A stretch of DNA of 64,000 nt from assembly GCA_963514005.1 (NCBI GenBank), contig OY740809.1:32488001-32552000 (forward strand). The letters are read 5' to 3'. Shown in pieces: positions 28,995-42,320 of the stretch; the first letter of the stretch is position 1; every line of letters starts with the position of its first letter. The notes under the pieces are model-generated. The model worked only from the letters and a program-made list of their open reading frames with translations, did no database searches and was not told the origin of the DNA. The stretch comes from Raja brachyura. Lineage: Eukaryota. A program made the translations under genes and the position numbers.

Positions 28995-30397
28995 GTGCAA
29001 CCTAGTTGTCTGATTTCGAAGACTATTAGATAATTTTACACCTCTAAATTGCTTTATGTGCAAATTTAGTTACATTATTTGATCAAAACAGTTGCGTCTT
29101 TGCAAAATGCCTTTATCGTTTCACTTAATTATTATTTCAAAGATGTATAATGCAATAGTTAGAATTCTGGGGACATTTTCAAATGGGAAAGTGTTTTAAA
29201 GGAATCCTGTCTTTGTTGAGTTCTGGAAAATGTATTTATCAATCATTTTTATGACCAATTTTATCCAAATCTGCACTGGCATACAGAAGATTGATAGAAC
29301 CTCAAATGCAGGTGGTGTTTGGTTAGTTCTTAGAATTCAGATTAATATGCTTACTGTCCCAGTGTGATTCCTGTCTCATACCAGACTTAAACATAGGCTT
29401 ATACTTTAGACAACGCAGCATTCCCTGATGTGCTGTTTTTCAAATGAACAGTTAAACTAGTACTTAATCTTGTTATTCTGGTGAAGATGCAAGAGGGTAG
29501 AGTTGTTGTAGGGGTTCATTTATTGTCCTGATCAACATTCATCCCTTGATGAATGCCTGCAATGATTCAACCAATCCCTGCAAAATTGCTTATTGAAAAT
29601 CACAATTTTTCTCATTAATTTTTGTGCCGCCATTCTATGGGGATTTGACAATATAATTATTTCCTTCTGAAATAAACTAATCAGCTGTGTAGTGGATTGG
29701 TGTATCCAAGGACATGGGTTCTTCAGGAGATGCAATAATATAAAAGCATCCCTAAATATTTCAAGGGTGTGGGAGTTAGTTTCCCATCCATAGACATTGA
29801 ATGAAGTTGATTGGAGATGTTTAAAAAAAGATCCTGGAAAATTTTATTTGATTGAAGCCCTGCTAAACTGTGGACCTCAGATACAGTGAGTCTTGTTAAA
29901 CTGTCTCCAATAAAGTGTCTCTTAAAATTGTAAGATTGTAAAAGCACTGCTTTGATTTGAATACTGTATTGAACAGATGCTCCATTTTACTTTATATTTT
30001 CCTCTACAGGCCAGTCGGTGGGATATTTTTATTTGCTGGTCTGTGGTGCTATTATAACTTGTGATAAACTGAGCCTGGCATACTTGAATATTATGACATC
30101 CAGTTAGATTAGCTTAGTTTATTATTATATACGCCAGGATGCAATGAAATTGTAACAAGGAGTCTGTGTAAAGCAGGGGTCGGCAACCTTGTTCTGCACA
30201 GGGGCAGGACGCCTGACTACTGAAGAAGGGTCTCGACCCGAAACGTCGCCTATCTCCTTTGCTCCTTAGATGCTGCTGCACCCGCTGAGTTTCTCCAGCT
30301 TTTTGTGTAATCCTGTATTTTCTCTTAGTCTACTATGTTGAGGATCTGATGCTTTAGTACAAAACTTGCTCCTTTTAAATTTGGACTGTTTTGCTGT

Positions 30398-30932
30398 AAA
30401 CATAGAAACATAGAAAATAGGTGCAGGAGTAGGCCCTTCGAGCCTGCCCAGCCATACAATATCATCATGGCTGATCATCCAACTCCGTATCCTGTACCTG
30501 CCTTCTTTCCATACCCCCTGATCCCTTTAGCCACAAGGGCCATATCTATCTCCTCCTTAAATATAGCCAATGAACTGGCCTCCACTACCTTCTGTGGCAG
30601 AGAATTCCAGAGACTCACCACTCGCTGTGTGAAAAATGTTTTCCTCATCTCGGTCCTAAAGGGATTCCCCCTTATCCTGAGACTGTGACCCCTTGTTCTG
30701 GACCTCCCCAACATCGGGAACAATCTTCCTGCATCTAGCCTATCCAACCCCTTAAGAATTTTGTAAGTTTCTATAAGATCCCCCCTCAGTCTTCTAAATT
30801 CTAGTGAGTACAAGCCAAGTCTATCCAGTCTTTCCTCATATGAAAGCCCTGACATCCCAGGAATCTGTCTGGTGAACCTTCTCCGTACACCCTCTATGGC
30901 AAGAATGTCTTCTCAGTTTTGGAGACCTAAAC
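30398..30932 (-). mobile_element. CR1-type LINE 3' fragment
   Basis: ORF 30475..30855 SYEERLDRLGLYSLEFRRLRGDLIETYK; CATAGAAA tail. Confidence 0.92.
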
Positions 30933-32226
30933 ATTGTAGTTTAATCTGTCCTGGTGCATGGTTTCTACGTTACCTATTCCTTTTAACCCATACATGTTGT
31001 TCAGAGTTCCTCCAGCAGTATTGAAAGCCTATTTGCAGTATTGACCTAAAACCATTAAAATACCACTGCTTTTGAAGGTTTTTGGAAAGATTTCATTAAG
31101 TTGTGTTTATTCTAGACTTGCGTGTTTTGGGGTTACATTAGGAAGTGCTGCTCCTTAAACATGCCTTGTACTTTTACTTCGTGGAAAATTGCACAAAATT
31201 GGCAAAAACATTGGGGATTTCCAATTTTCATTCATTATGGTTTCTCCTTGTGCTATGTTCAGTCAGTTTGTTTGTGCCTTATTTCCACTACCCAGCCAAG
31301 TTTCCTGCTGTTGCATTTGACAGGCACTCGGGGAACATTGCAGATCAAGGTCCAGATTCCTTTAAAGACTCTATAAGATGTTTGTTTCTCTCAGTCTTTA
31401 TGTCATAAATCCTTGTTCTGAGGGCTCTGCTCTGCCTTGTATGAACAAGGAAGGCTAAATTTGTTGTTTTTGTAACTTTCTCTCTTGTTCCTGTTTGATA
31501 GCTGTTGAATGGTTGTATTGGCATCTCCTCAAATTCCCATTTCCTACATGTGAGGCTGAAAAATGATAGATCATGTCCTCTTTGGACACATTTGATACCA
31601 AGCGGAATTGCAAATGTGGAATGAAATCGAAATTATAATGTTTTTCATGGTTTGCATCAAGCAACGCCAATTGAATCTGGAATCCCTTTGACTGTGTTTG
31701 CTGGTTACTGGTCTGGCTTGTAATTAGTAATGTGTTTGCTGCTCCTTCAAGATCATTGACGCTGGTCTTGGGGTAATTAGAGCTATTCATTTCAATGTGG
31801 ACGTGTGTACACCGGCCAGTTTATAAAATTGGAACTTGTCACCAGCTCGAGTTCAATTGAACTTGGTCCCAGCTGTGACACCAGCTCACTGTTGTGGTTT
31901 TATCAGATGGGGATGTAACTTTTGCACTGTATTGAGCGTTCTTGATATTGGAATAGCCGTCCTAGCTTGCAGTGTGCGACAATATGTGTCATCACAGGAC
32001 TAAATTGGAGATCTGTGTCAGTAGGCAAATCTGGAAGATTGAGGTGTTGTGGCTGAACGAAGGAAAAGTATCGTTTAACAATAAATGGCTGCCATGGCCT
32101 TCAATTAATGTATACGATTCGGGTGTGCAATCTTTTTGTGTTATGTGATCAGTGTTTTGATCGGCACTTGGTCCTGGCTGTATCAGAAATGCTTTGTTAT
32201 TTAACATACTGTTCCTCTTTTTTTAG

Positions 32227-32332
32227 CTCCTGCCTGGAAAGAAATTCTGGGAGTCTGACGATACAAACAAGGATGGGCCGAAAGGGATATTTCTTGGAGA
32301 TCAATGGCGAGACAGTGCATGGGGACCTTCAG
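32227..32332 (+). CDS. PUM1: PUM1 exon 4 ([35 protein letters not shown])
   Basis: ttttttAG|CTC...TCAG|GTAAGA; 106 nt, phase 0-1. Confidence 0.95.
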
Positions 32333-34878
32333 GTAAGAGTGCATTTAGTCAAGGGTAAACATTGGAAAATGAAACATTTTTAAAATTACCAATTACCAAC
32401 ATTCTCAAACCAGAGGGCAAATTAATACTTTTTAGCCGATTGTCTTTTTTTTAACTTTGATGGTGCATTGACATTGAATATAGAGCGATTTAATCTGCCA
32501 AAAGCAATTGGAAACTCCACACTATCTGGTCTGTCCAATTGTAGATAAACACAAATTACTGGAGTAACTCAGTCGGACAGGCTGTATTTCTGGAGAGAAG
32601 GAATGGGAGACATTTTGGGTCAAGACCATTCGTCAGACTTCTGCCGTGTCAATTGGATGTTGTTACTTACTAATTGGAGCAAAGGTGCTCTCTATCCCAT
32701 ATTGAGAATGCAGATTTGCAACAGATGATGGCGTATCTTCCTTGGCTGTCAGCTTCTTGACCGACTTTAAGTTTTATTACACTTGTGCCATATGAACCGA
32801 TATTGTGGAAATTATAAGGAGTTGAAGTTAATGCTGATCATTGGCAGAAATGGGTGTATTTTTCTCATTTGCTCCTCGTAGCAGCAGCAGATGGTAGCAG
32901 TGTTGTGGCCTGAAACTTTTCGCAATTTAATCAGTCATTTGGTCGAATGCAGCAAAAGGGTAGATGTTAAAATTTATGGAAAACACAAAGGAGGGAAAGT
33001 TGTGAGCGGTTGAGGTTACATGGGTACACGGATGAGTTGGCTGAGTGGGCAGTGATTTGGCAAACAGATCAGCGTGGGAAAAGGTCACACTGTCCACTTT
33101 TGGCAAGTAAAATAAGGTATTATCTAACTGGGGGGAAGTTGCAGAGGGACCTGGATATCCCAGCATATATGCAAAATGCTAGTAAGTAGGTACAGGTCCA
33201 CCACAGATTTTCCAGCAACTGGTGGTCCTGCACCTCCTTGAAGCTAAGATTAAATTTACAAGAACACACTTGTAATTTGCACTCCCACCCCCCCGGAAAA
33301 TGTGACGCCTAGACCGAGTGAGGCAGCTGATCTCTACCTCATGGGGACTTCCGTGGCCGTGCGACGAGTCGAATCTCCAGCCCGGCTGACTCTGCCCCAT
33401 ATCTTCTGATATTTAAACAACTCCTCACAGAGATCAGTTTGTCATATTGCATCAGAATTTGGTAACCCCCAAGAATGTGAGCATGACTTCATTAACACTG
33501 TTTCAATGAAATGAGTTTAATAGAATAATTTCTGATTGCGCATTATGACCAATGTACTATTTACTGCTGTTGAGGGTATAGAACAAAACAATTTATCCTT
33601 CATAGATTTCAATATGTTGTAATTATATGCAAGAAGGAACTGCAGATGCTGGTTTAAACCGAAGATGGACACAAAGCTGGGCGGGACAGGCAGCATCTCT
33701 GGAGAGAAGGAATGAGTGACGTTACGGGTTGAGAATTATTTCATCTGTACCTGCAAAGACATGGATCCAGATACCTCAACTATTTGTCTTGAGGGACAGT
33801 TTTCCAACTTTACAGGGAGACTTGGGTGTAGGCTGCCCTGCCCCATCTTGAGATTTTTAGGGGTGTACAAGACTTGACTGACCATTGACTTCTGTTGCAT
33901 GCAGGTATACAATATAAAGACTTGGCTTTAAGGTGTGTGGAGTAAAGTTTAAAAGAAACATGCAGGGCAGATTATTTACAAAGTGGTGAGTGCTCGGAAC
34001 ACACTGTCTGGGGGCAGAAGTTGAAACGGATATTAGGGACATTTAAAAGATATTTGGATAGGCCTATGGATATGCAGGAAATGTAGAGATGAGTTGTGTG
34101 CAGGTGGATTAGTTATGGTCCTGGCATCATGTTCGGCATGGACATTGGGTGGAAGGGCATTTACTTGTGCTGCACTGTTCTATGCTCTGTAAGTTAGGAC
34201 TAGATTTGGTCTCTGGTTTTGTATGGGGAAAAATTTCAGAACTATTTATAATGTCTCTTTTGGTTCCACTTTGGCCGTTCCATTTGAAGATAGTTGTTGT
34301 CTGAGGCTACCGTAATTTAGTATTGTAACTTACTATTTAAAGATAAGCACTTACATTTTGACAAGTGTGATTTATTAGAAGTCATCTGTGCTAGTAAACA
34401 TTAATACGAGCAAGAGAGCGAACTGGAGCAGGCTTGGACTCTATTCCTTGGAGAGCAGGGGGATGAAGGGTGATCTTATAGAGATATAAGATAATAAGAG
34501 GCATAGTTAAAAAACTGAATCTCTTGTTCAGAATAGGGGAATCCGAGGTTTAGGGTGAAAGGGGAAATTTAATAGGAATCCGAGGGGTAACCTTTTCATA
34601 CAAAGGGTCGTGGGTGTATGGAATAAGCTGCTGGAGGAGGTAGTTGAGGCAATATTATTGAAACATTTAGACAGGTACATGGATATGACTGGTTTGGAAG
34701 GATATTGGTCAAATGCAGGCAGGTGGTACTAATGTAGATGGGACATGTTGGCTGGTGTATGCAAGTTGGGGTAAAGGGCCTGTTTCCATGCTTTAGGATT
34801 TTATGACTCTAAATAAGTGAGGAATTATCTTGGTATAGCACTCGTTAGTAATGGGAACATTTTTAATCCCTTGCTCAG

Positions 34879-35066
34879 ATCACTCTGTGTCACAGCCAAT
34901 CATGGTGCAAAGACGTCCTGGTCAAGGTTTCCACGGCAGCAATGAAGTCAACTCTGTCCTATCTCCACGCTCTGAAAGTGGCGGTCTGGGTGTCAGCATG
35001 GTGGAGTATGTGCTCAGCTCTTCTCCTGGGGAAAAACTGGAATCCTGCCTCCGAAAAGGGCCGTTC
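34879..35066 (+). CDS. PUM1: PUM1 exon 5 ([15 protein letters not shown]...[24 protein letters not shown])
   Basis: ctcAG|AT...TTC|GTAAGT; 188 nt; contains the conserved [15 protein letters not shown] motif. Confidence 0.96.
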
Positions 35067-36066
35067 GTAAGTATTGGATACATTTGATTTTGCAACTATA
35101 CTGACTACACAAGATGATTAAATGTGTTGAAATTTGAACAAAATGGATTTGTTATCAATTCTGTGTCTCTGGTTTGTCTCAATGGCATCATCCCTGCCTC
35201 AACATATTGGGCAATGGTAGGTAGACAAAAATGCTGGAGAAACTCAGCGGGTGCGGCAGCATCTATGAAACCCTTCGGTTTCGGCCCGAAACGTTGCCCA
35301 TTTCCTTCGCTCCATAGATGCTGCCGCACCCGCTGAGTTTCTCCAGCATTTTTGACTACCTTCGATTTTCCAGCATCTGCAGTTCCATCTTGAACAATAT
35401 AAAATGGTATCCGTGGTACTAGCTTAAAGAGCCATAATTCATTAGCAAGCTGTTTACCACAGTATTTTTACAAATTAGATTTCTAGTAAGTGCGATAGGA
35501 ATGAAAGCCATCCTATCATTATTATAGATAATAAATTTACCTCCGCGCACCCCCCTGAGCCGAGGGTGGAATAAATACAAAGCCTCATCCACTACCCTGG
35601 CTGAACTTGATTGCCCAGGTTGGTGAGATATCTACAGGAAGGTCTGGCCTAGATCAACTTTTGATCTATTTAGGCTGATCTGTTGATCTTTCATTACACG
35701 TTTTAATCTAATGTGTAGGCCTCTTCACACAGTAGCTAAGGCTATTAAAACAATTGATCAAAGCTGTGTGGGAAAGAACTGCAGATGTTGGTTTAAATCG
35801 AAGGTAGACAAAATGCTGGAGCAACTCAGCGGGACAGGCAGCATCTCTGGAGAGAAGGAATGGGTGACGCTTCTGGTCGAGACCCTTCTTCGGTCAAAGC
35901 TGTGACTGGGCAACTCTACTATTGTTCAATTTTTGGTTGCACCAATGCATCTGCCTGCTTCTGCTGCTGATGTTAAAAGTTGATTGCAATTCTTTGTAAT
36001 GTTCTGGTACTTGTGCAATTTTACTTTCTGGGTTTCAGAGCAACAGCAGTAATCTATCTGATCAGT

Positions 36067-36268
36067 GTTAAAGAAGGAACTGCAGATGCTGGAGAATCGA
36101 GGGTTACACAAAAAGCTGGAGAAACTCAGCGGGTGCAGCAGCATCTAAGGAGTGAAGGAGATAGGCGACGTTTCGGGTCGAGACCCTTCTCGACCCGAAA
36201 CGTCGCCTATCTCCTTCACTCCTTAGATGCTGCTGCACCCGCTGAGTTTCTCCAGCTTTTTGTGTAAC
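36067..36268. mobile_element. Fold-back Penelope-derived repeat (81-bp perfect inverted arms)
   Basis: Arms 36103-36183 and 36188-36268; 16-bp duplication AATCTATCTGATCAGT on both sides. Confidence 0.85.
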
Positions 36269-36400
36269 AATCTATCTGATCAGTTTACCCTTCAGTGCTT
36301 AAAATCATAGCAGTGCAATGCAATGTGCTGACGTGGTAGAGTAGCCGGTCAAACATGCTTTTAGTGTTTTCCCCACACCCCTTTCTCTGCTTTTTTTTAG

Positions 36401-36561
36401 GGTTCTGGAGATGCCGAGGCTCACAACGATAAAGGAGACAAGAAAGGAAAATCATTTGATGGGGATAAGATGGGGGACCTGAAAGAGGTAGAAGACGATG
36501 GAATTGATAAAACAAACGGCTTGGTGGTGCAAAATGGCATAGATTCTGATAAAGACTTCAG
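36401..36561 (+). CDS. PUM1: PUM1 exon 6 ([15 protein letters not shown]...[11 protein letters not shown])
   Basis: ttttttttAG|GGT...TTCAG|GTAAAT; 161 nt, phase 0-2. Confidence 0.93.
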
Positions 36562-38185
36562 GTAAATAGTAAAAGCTACATTTATTCTTGTTTCCCGATT
36601 ACATCTTTGGCCATTCAGTCCACGGCTTATGATTTTGAGGCAGTATTCATACTGTTATCAATCGGTAGAGAAAACTAAATATTCAGAAAAATATTGGATC
36701 ATCTAAAGCTTGATTTAGATTACTTACATTTCCTAATGAAGCCATCTCTGCTTATGATCCCGCAGTCTAGATTAGCAAATAGCAAAATTTCCTCATTGAT
36801 ATTAAAATGTGAATGTAAGTTCTTCTTGCCGACCCGTGCAACACCACCTTACACACTGCTCCTGTCGACATGATAATCTGACAGAAATGGAAGATTAACT
36901 TTGTAGAATAGAATTTTTAAGAAGTTGTGTCATTTAAAAAAAAAATGTGACAATGCAGTAACGACATGAAGAGACTACTTAAAATAAACATTGTCAGTGA
37001 AAAGAATAGACATAATGTGTTGGATGGAGACTTGTTTGCAGTGCTAGCAATCGTGTGGTCTACTCTGTCCACTTTTGTCGTGCTGGATAGGTTTCTGTTT
37101 ATTGGTATCACATGCTCCGAGGTACAAGGAAAAGCTTTATTTTGCATACTATCAAATCGCATAATACTAGACATGAACACAATCAGGTCAAATTCAAGTG
37201 CAATAGGTAGAGAGAGCAAAGGGAATGACAGAGTAGAGAATAGATCACAGCATTGTAGTGCACAAGTTCCATAAAACACAGTTTAATGCCCACTATAGGG
37301 TGGAAGTGAATTAGACAACACCCTAGCGTATAGAAGGACAGTTCAGAAGCCTGATCACAGAGGGGAAGATGCCGTCTCAGACAGATGATCATTCCTTTTT
37401 GTTCTCTTCAAACATTGGATTCATCCAGAGCCCATTTTCTTTTGTGATTTTCCTGCTAAATTATTTAAGATCATATTAAATTTGGGGAATGTCCTGTAAT
37501 TCTATCTTGTCTTCTACCTCACGAGTTATGTTTTCAGTAATTTTGTTCCACATAGGCAATGTAGTTTTCTTGTTGATGACTGTTATGGATTATAAATTAA
37601 ATGTCAATTGAAGAAATCTAATTGCAGTCCAGGGGTGGCAGTCGTTTATAGGATCAAATGTACAAAGTGTACTGAGGTACAGCGAGAAGCTTTTCTGTTT
37701 TGCACTCTATCCAAACAGATACTAAATATAAATACAATAGAATTAAAATAGAGTACAAGGGTAGAGCTAAGGGGAAGATGCAGAGTGTACAGAATATGGT
37801 TCTCAGTATTGTGGGGCATCCATAGACAAAGTGCAATGTTCACAATGGTGTAGAGGTGAATTGGACAGTATCGTAGCTTGTGGAAGGGCCATTCAGACAC
37901 CTGATGACTGAGGAAAGTACTTTCAAGCCAACTGGTAGCAGGGGGAAGAATTTGGTCAAAATCGGCATTTACTACTTTTTTCAACTCTTGTAAAATCTTA
38001 GATCTTCAAATGAAATTTAAATCTCAAATCAACATTCGTATTGCATGTTCACCTTTAATTTTCTATAGCCAACATATGTTAGGTGGTTGCTGTTAAATAT
38101 GCCTGTCTTGAGCATGGACAACGTCAGTGCGAGATGTCACGTGTGTGCACAAATAAAATGGTCACAAGGAACTTTGTTTGTCTAG

Positions 38186-38459
38186 CCGTACCCCTGGCAG
38201 CTGTCAGACCTCCCCGAGTGAAGTGGTGGACCTGCTCGGACCTAATCAGAACAATTCGGAAAGCCTGGGTCAGCTGGCCAACAGCAACAATGTAAAGCCC
38301 ACGGAAGACTTCAATAACGTTGAGTCACAGAATGTGCCCTTGGATTCTATGGAACCTGTAGGACTGGATTCTCTTCAGTTTGATTATTCCAGCAGCCAGG
38401 TGCAAATGGATTCTGGAACAGCTGCTGTGAGCTTGTTTGATTACAGCTCACAACAACAG
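38186..38459 (+). CDS. PUM1: PUM1 exon 7 (RTPGSCQ...LFDYSSQQQ)
   Basis: tctAG|CCGT...CAG|GTCAGT; 274 nt, phase 2-0; lies within ORF 38178..38501. Confidence 0.95.
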
Positions 38460-40617
38460 GTCAGTTTGTCTTCCGCACAACTCGGTCTGTTAGAGAATTA
38501 AAGAAACTCGTCAAATCATTTCAATTCACTAATTGCAGTGGAAGAATTAAAAGGTTATCCTTTTAATACAAGCTGAAGCATCTGGCTTCCTTTTTACCCA
38601 ACACATCTTTTTGTATCCGTATGAAGTGGTGTCCTACTGGAATGCAGTTCCAAAGATCCAGGCACATGGAACGCTGTCAAAGAATTGAGTTTTTAATTAA
38701 AATATCATTGCTATTTATTTTTTTAAAAAAATCTGAAGTTACAGAACTTGGGATTATCTAATATTTTTTAAATATTTTTTTTAAATTGTGAAGGTGTTTT
38801 TTGTTTCGCTGGTAGGTAGAAACTGAGGTTTTCTGCTGTATTGGGTTTAGGCTGGTGTGTGGAGAAATATTTTAGTATTGAAATCGCAGCCAAGAAATAA
38901 AGTCATAAACTTATACAATATGGAAACAAGCCTGTCAGTCCAACACGTCCATATCGAACAAGTTACCGAACTGAGCTGGTCCCACTTAACCGAGCGGGTC
39001 CCACTTGATTGCACCTGATCCATACCCCTCCAAGCCTCTCCTGTCGAACTCGACCACTTCCTCTGGCAGCTCGCTCCGTGTTAGCCTTTGGAAAAAGCTG
39101 CTCCTCGAGTCCTCCTTAAATCTTTCTCCTCCAATCTTCAACCTCTTGCTTTTTAGTTTTAGACAACCCTACCCTGAGGAAAAGACTATAGTTATTCACC
39201 TTATCTAGGTCCCTCATGATTTTATAAATCTTAAGGCAGTATGTTTGGGATGCAGTGAGGAACTGGTGGAGAGGTTGTGTACCAGCCTGAAGATGTTGGG
39301 CCATCCATGGTACAATTGTATGTCGAATTCCTTGCACTGTGCCAACAGTCTGTTCGCACAAGCAGGCATGTGAGCTTGTTCTTCTGCTGTGGTTTGCCAA
39401 GCCTGATGGTCTTTTCCCAATGTTGGCATTCAGACACGTCAGGAGGATAGAAATAGTGAGTGCATACCAGCTGCTGTTAGCCACCACCTCATAATTAGTT
39501 ATCGGCTCTTGAGTGATGTCTGTGCTTTAGAGTCAGATGAACATAGTGCAGAGGCAGACCATTTGACCCACTAAGTCCGTCTTGGCCATCAACCACCCAT
39601 AAAAGATTAGCTACTCAATTCAAAACAAGAGTTTAATGTATTACCATCCAAACTAAGGCTTTGTATTCGGTTGGCTATTGGAGCATGGTAAAGAGTGATA
39701 TCCTACATTTTTTCTTTAGAAATTGTAACTTTTATTTTGTTCTAACCTGCTTTACAAAATGTTTAAGTCTGCAAACCAATGAACTTCATGAAGCCAGATT
39801 CATGCGTTAAAGGCAAGGCAGGTAGCTTCATGTCCCCACAGTTTAAAAACCTCCTGCAACACCTTAAATACAAACACTGAATTAACCAAATAGATGGATG
39901 TATTCTCAATTACTCAGAGACGTGCAGGTTTGTAGGTTAATTGGTTTCTGTAAACATTTCCCTTGTGTGCAGGTAATCGTTGGTTGGCATGGATTTGATG
40001 GGCCGAAGGGGCCTCTTTCCATGCTGTATCTGTAAACTTAAAAAATCAAATTTTCCATGCTGAATTTTCTGGAAAAGAAAGGAAGGATTAATGATTGCAG
40101 CGTTGGTAAAACTAAAATATTTGAGAATTATAGTATATTAATATTTTAAATGTGTTCTAATGATGCATGCATCTATATCCACCAAGGAGGTGGCTGTAGG
40201 GGATGGTGAGAGCAGGGAGCGGTGTGCTCTGGATAATCTCACTAAGGAGATGGCTTATTGGACGTATTGTAACATGCGGTGGATAAATCTTCGAAGCTAG
40301 ATTAGATCTATCCCAGGATTATTGTGGGAAGCCTATCTCTATTCGCTACAAGTGAGGTATCGGAAGGCTGGATAAGCTGGTTTAGACCTGTGAACTGAAT
40401 ATAATGATAGGGAAATTATTGGAGAAAATTAGTTTAGGAAAAACTGACTGATGGGGCATAGTTTGCTTTGTGTGGAGGAAATCCTGCCTCACTAATTTGA
40501 AACTAAGGAAAATAACTAAGAAAATTGACATGGGCATACTTTGCCCTCCATAATGTTAGGGACAAAGAGCCATCATTTATTTATTTGTCTCTGTACTCCA
40601 CGATTTGAGATTGTAAT

Positions 40618-41034
40618 TTAGAAGATTAGTGTAATTTTAGAATTTAGAAGATTGCGGGGGGATCTCATAGAGACGTACAAAATTCTTAAGGGGTTGGACA
40701 GGCTAGATGCAGGAAGATTGTTCCCAATGTTGGGGAAGTCCAGGACAAGGGTAAGGGGGAAGTCTTTTAGGACCGAGATGAGAAAATCATTTTTCACACA
40801 GAGTGTGGTGAATCTGTGGAATTCTCTGCCACAGAAGGTAGTTGAGGCCAGTTTGTTGGCTATATTTAAGAGGGAGTTGGATGTGGCCCTTGTGGCTAAT
40901 GGGATCAGGGGGTATGGAGAGAAGGCAGGTACAGGATACCGAGTTGGATGATCAGCCATGATCATATTGACTGGCTGCAGGCTCGAAGGACCGAATGGCC
41001 TATTCCTGCACCTATGTTCTATGTATTTTCTATC
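40618..41034 (+). mobile_element. CR1-type LINE 3' fragment inserted in the Tc1 left TIR
   Basis: RGDLIETYKILKG...FFTQ.VVNLWNSLP C-terminal ORF2 motif plus 3' UTR; flanked by TAAT on both sides. Confidence 0.9.
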
Positions 41035-41325
41035 TAATGGAAAAAAAAATCACATGTGGTCAAAGTGCACATTGTCAGATTTTATTAAAGGCCATTTTTA
41101 TACATTTTGGTTTCTCCATGTAGAATTTACAGCAGTGTTTATACATAGTCCGTCCCCCCCATTTCAGGGCACCATAATGTTTTGGACACATGGCTTCACA
41201 CGCATTTGTAGTTGCTCAGGTGTGTTTAATTGCCCCCTTAATGCAGATATAAGAGAGCTCTCAGAGCCTAGTCATTCCTCCTGTCTTTCCATCGCCCTTG
41301 GATACTTTTATTGCTGTTTATCAAT

Positions 41326-42320
41326 ATGAGGACCAAAGTTGTGCCAATGATACTCAAAGAAGCCATTATGAGACTGAGAAACAAGAATAAAACTGTTAGA
41401 GACATCAGCCAACCCTTAGGCTTACCAAAATCAACTGTTTGGAACATCATTAAGAAGAAAGAGAGCACTGGTGAGCTTACTAATCGCAATGGGACTGGCA
41501 GGCCAAGGAAGACCTCCACAGCTGATGACAGAAGAATGCTCTATAATAAAGAAAACCTGTCCGACAGATCAGAAACACTCTTCAGGAGTTGGGTGTGGAT
41601 TTGTCAATGACCACTGTCCGCAGAAGACCATGAAGAGAAATACAGAGGCTACACTGCAAGGTGCAAACCACTGGTTAGCTGCAAAAATAGGATGGCCAGG
41701 TTACAGTTTGCCAAGAAGTACTTAAAAGAGCAACCACAGTTCTGGAAGACGTTCTCATGGACAGATGAGATGAAGATTAACTTGTATCCGAGTGAAGGCA
41801 AGAGCAAAGTATGGAGGAGAGAAGGAACTGGCCAAGATCCAAAGCATAACACCTCATCTGTGAAACATGGTGGTGGGGGTGTATGGCCTGGGCATGTATG
41901 GCCGCTGAAGGTACTGGCTCACTTATCTTCATGGATGATAATGAATTCAGAAGTGTATAGACACATCCTATCTGCTCAAGTTCAAACAAATGCCTCAAAA
42001 CTCATTGGCCGGCAGCTTATTCTACAGCAAGACAATGATCCCAAACTGCTAACGCAACAAAGGAGTTTTTCAAAGCTAAAAAATGGTCGATTCTTGAGTG
42101 GCCAAGTCAATCACCTGATCTGAACCCAATTGAGCATGCCTTTTATATGCTGAAGAGAAAACTGAAGGGGACTAGCCCCCAAAGCAAGCACAAGCTAAAG
42201 ATGGCTGCAATACAGGCCTGGCAGAGCATCAACAGAGAAGACACCCAGCAACTGGTGATGTCCATGAATCGCAAACTTCAAGCAGTCATTGCATGCAAAG
42301 GATATGCAACAAAATACTAA
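41326..42320 (+). pseudogene. Frameshifted Tc1 transposase
   Basis: Motifs split over ORFs 41311..41610, 41692..42123 and a downstream frame; several frameshifts. Confidence 0.9.
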
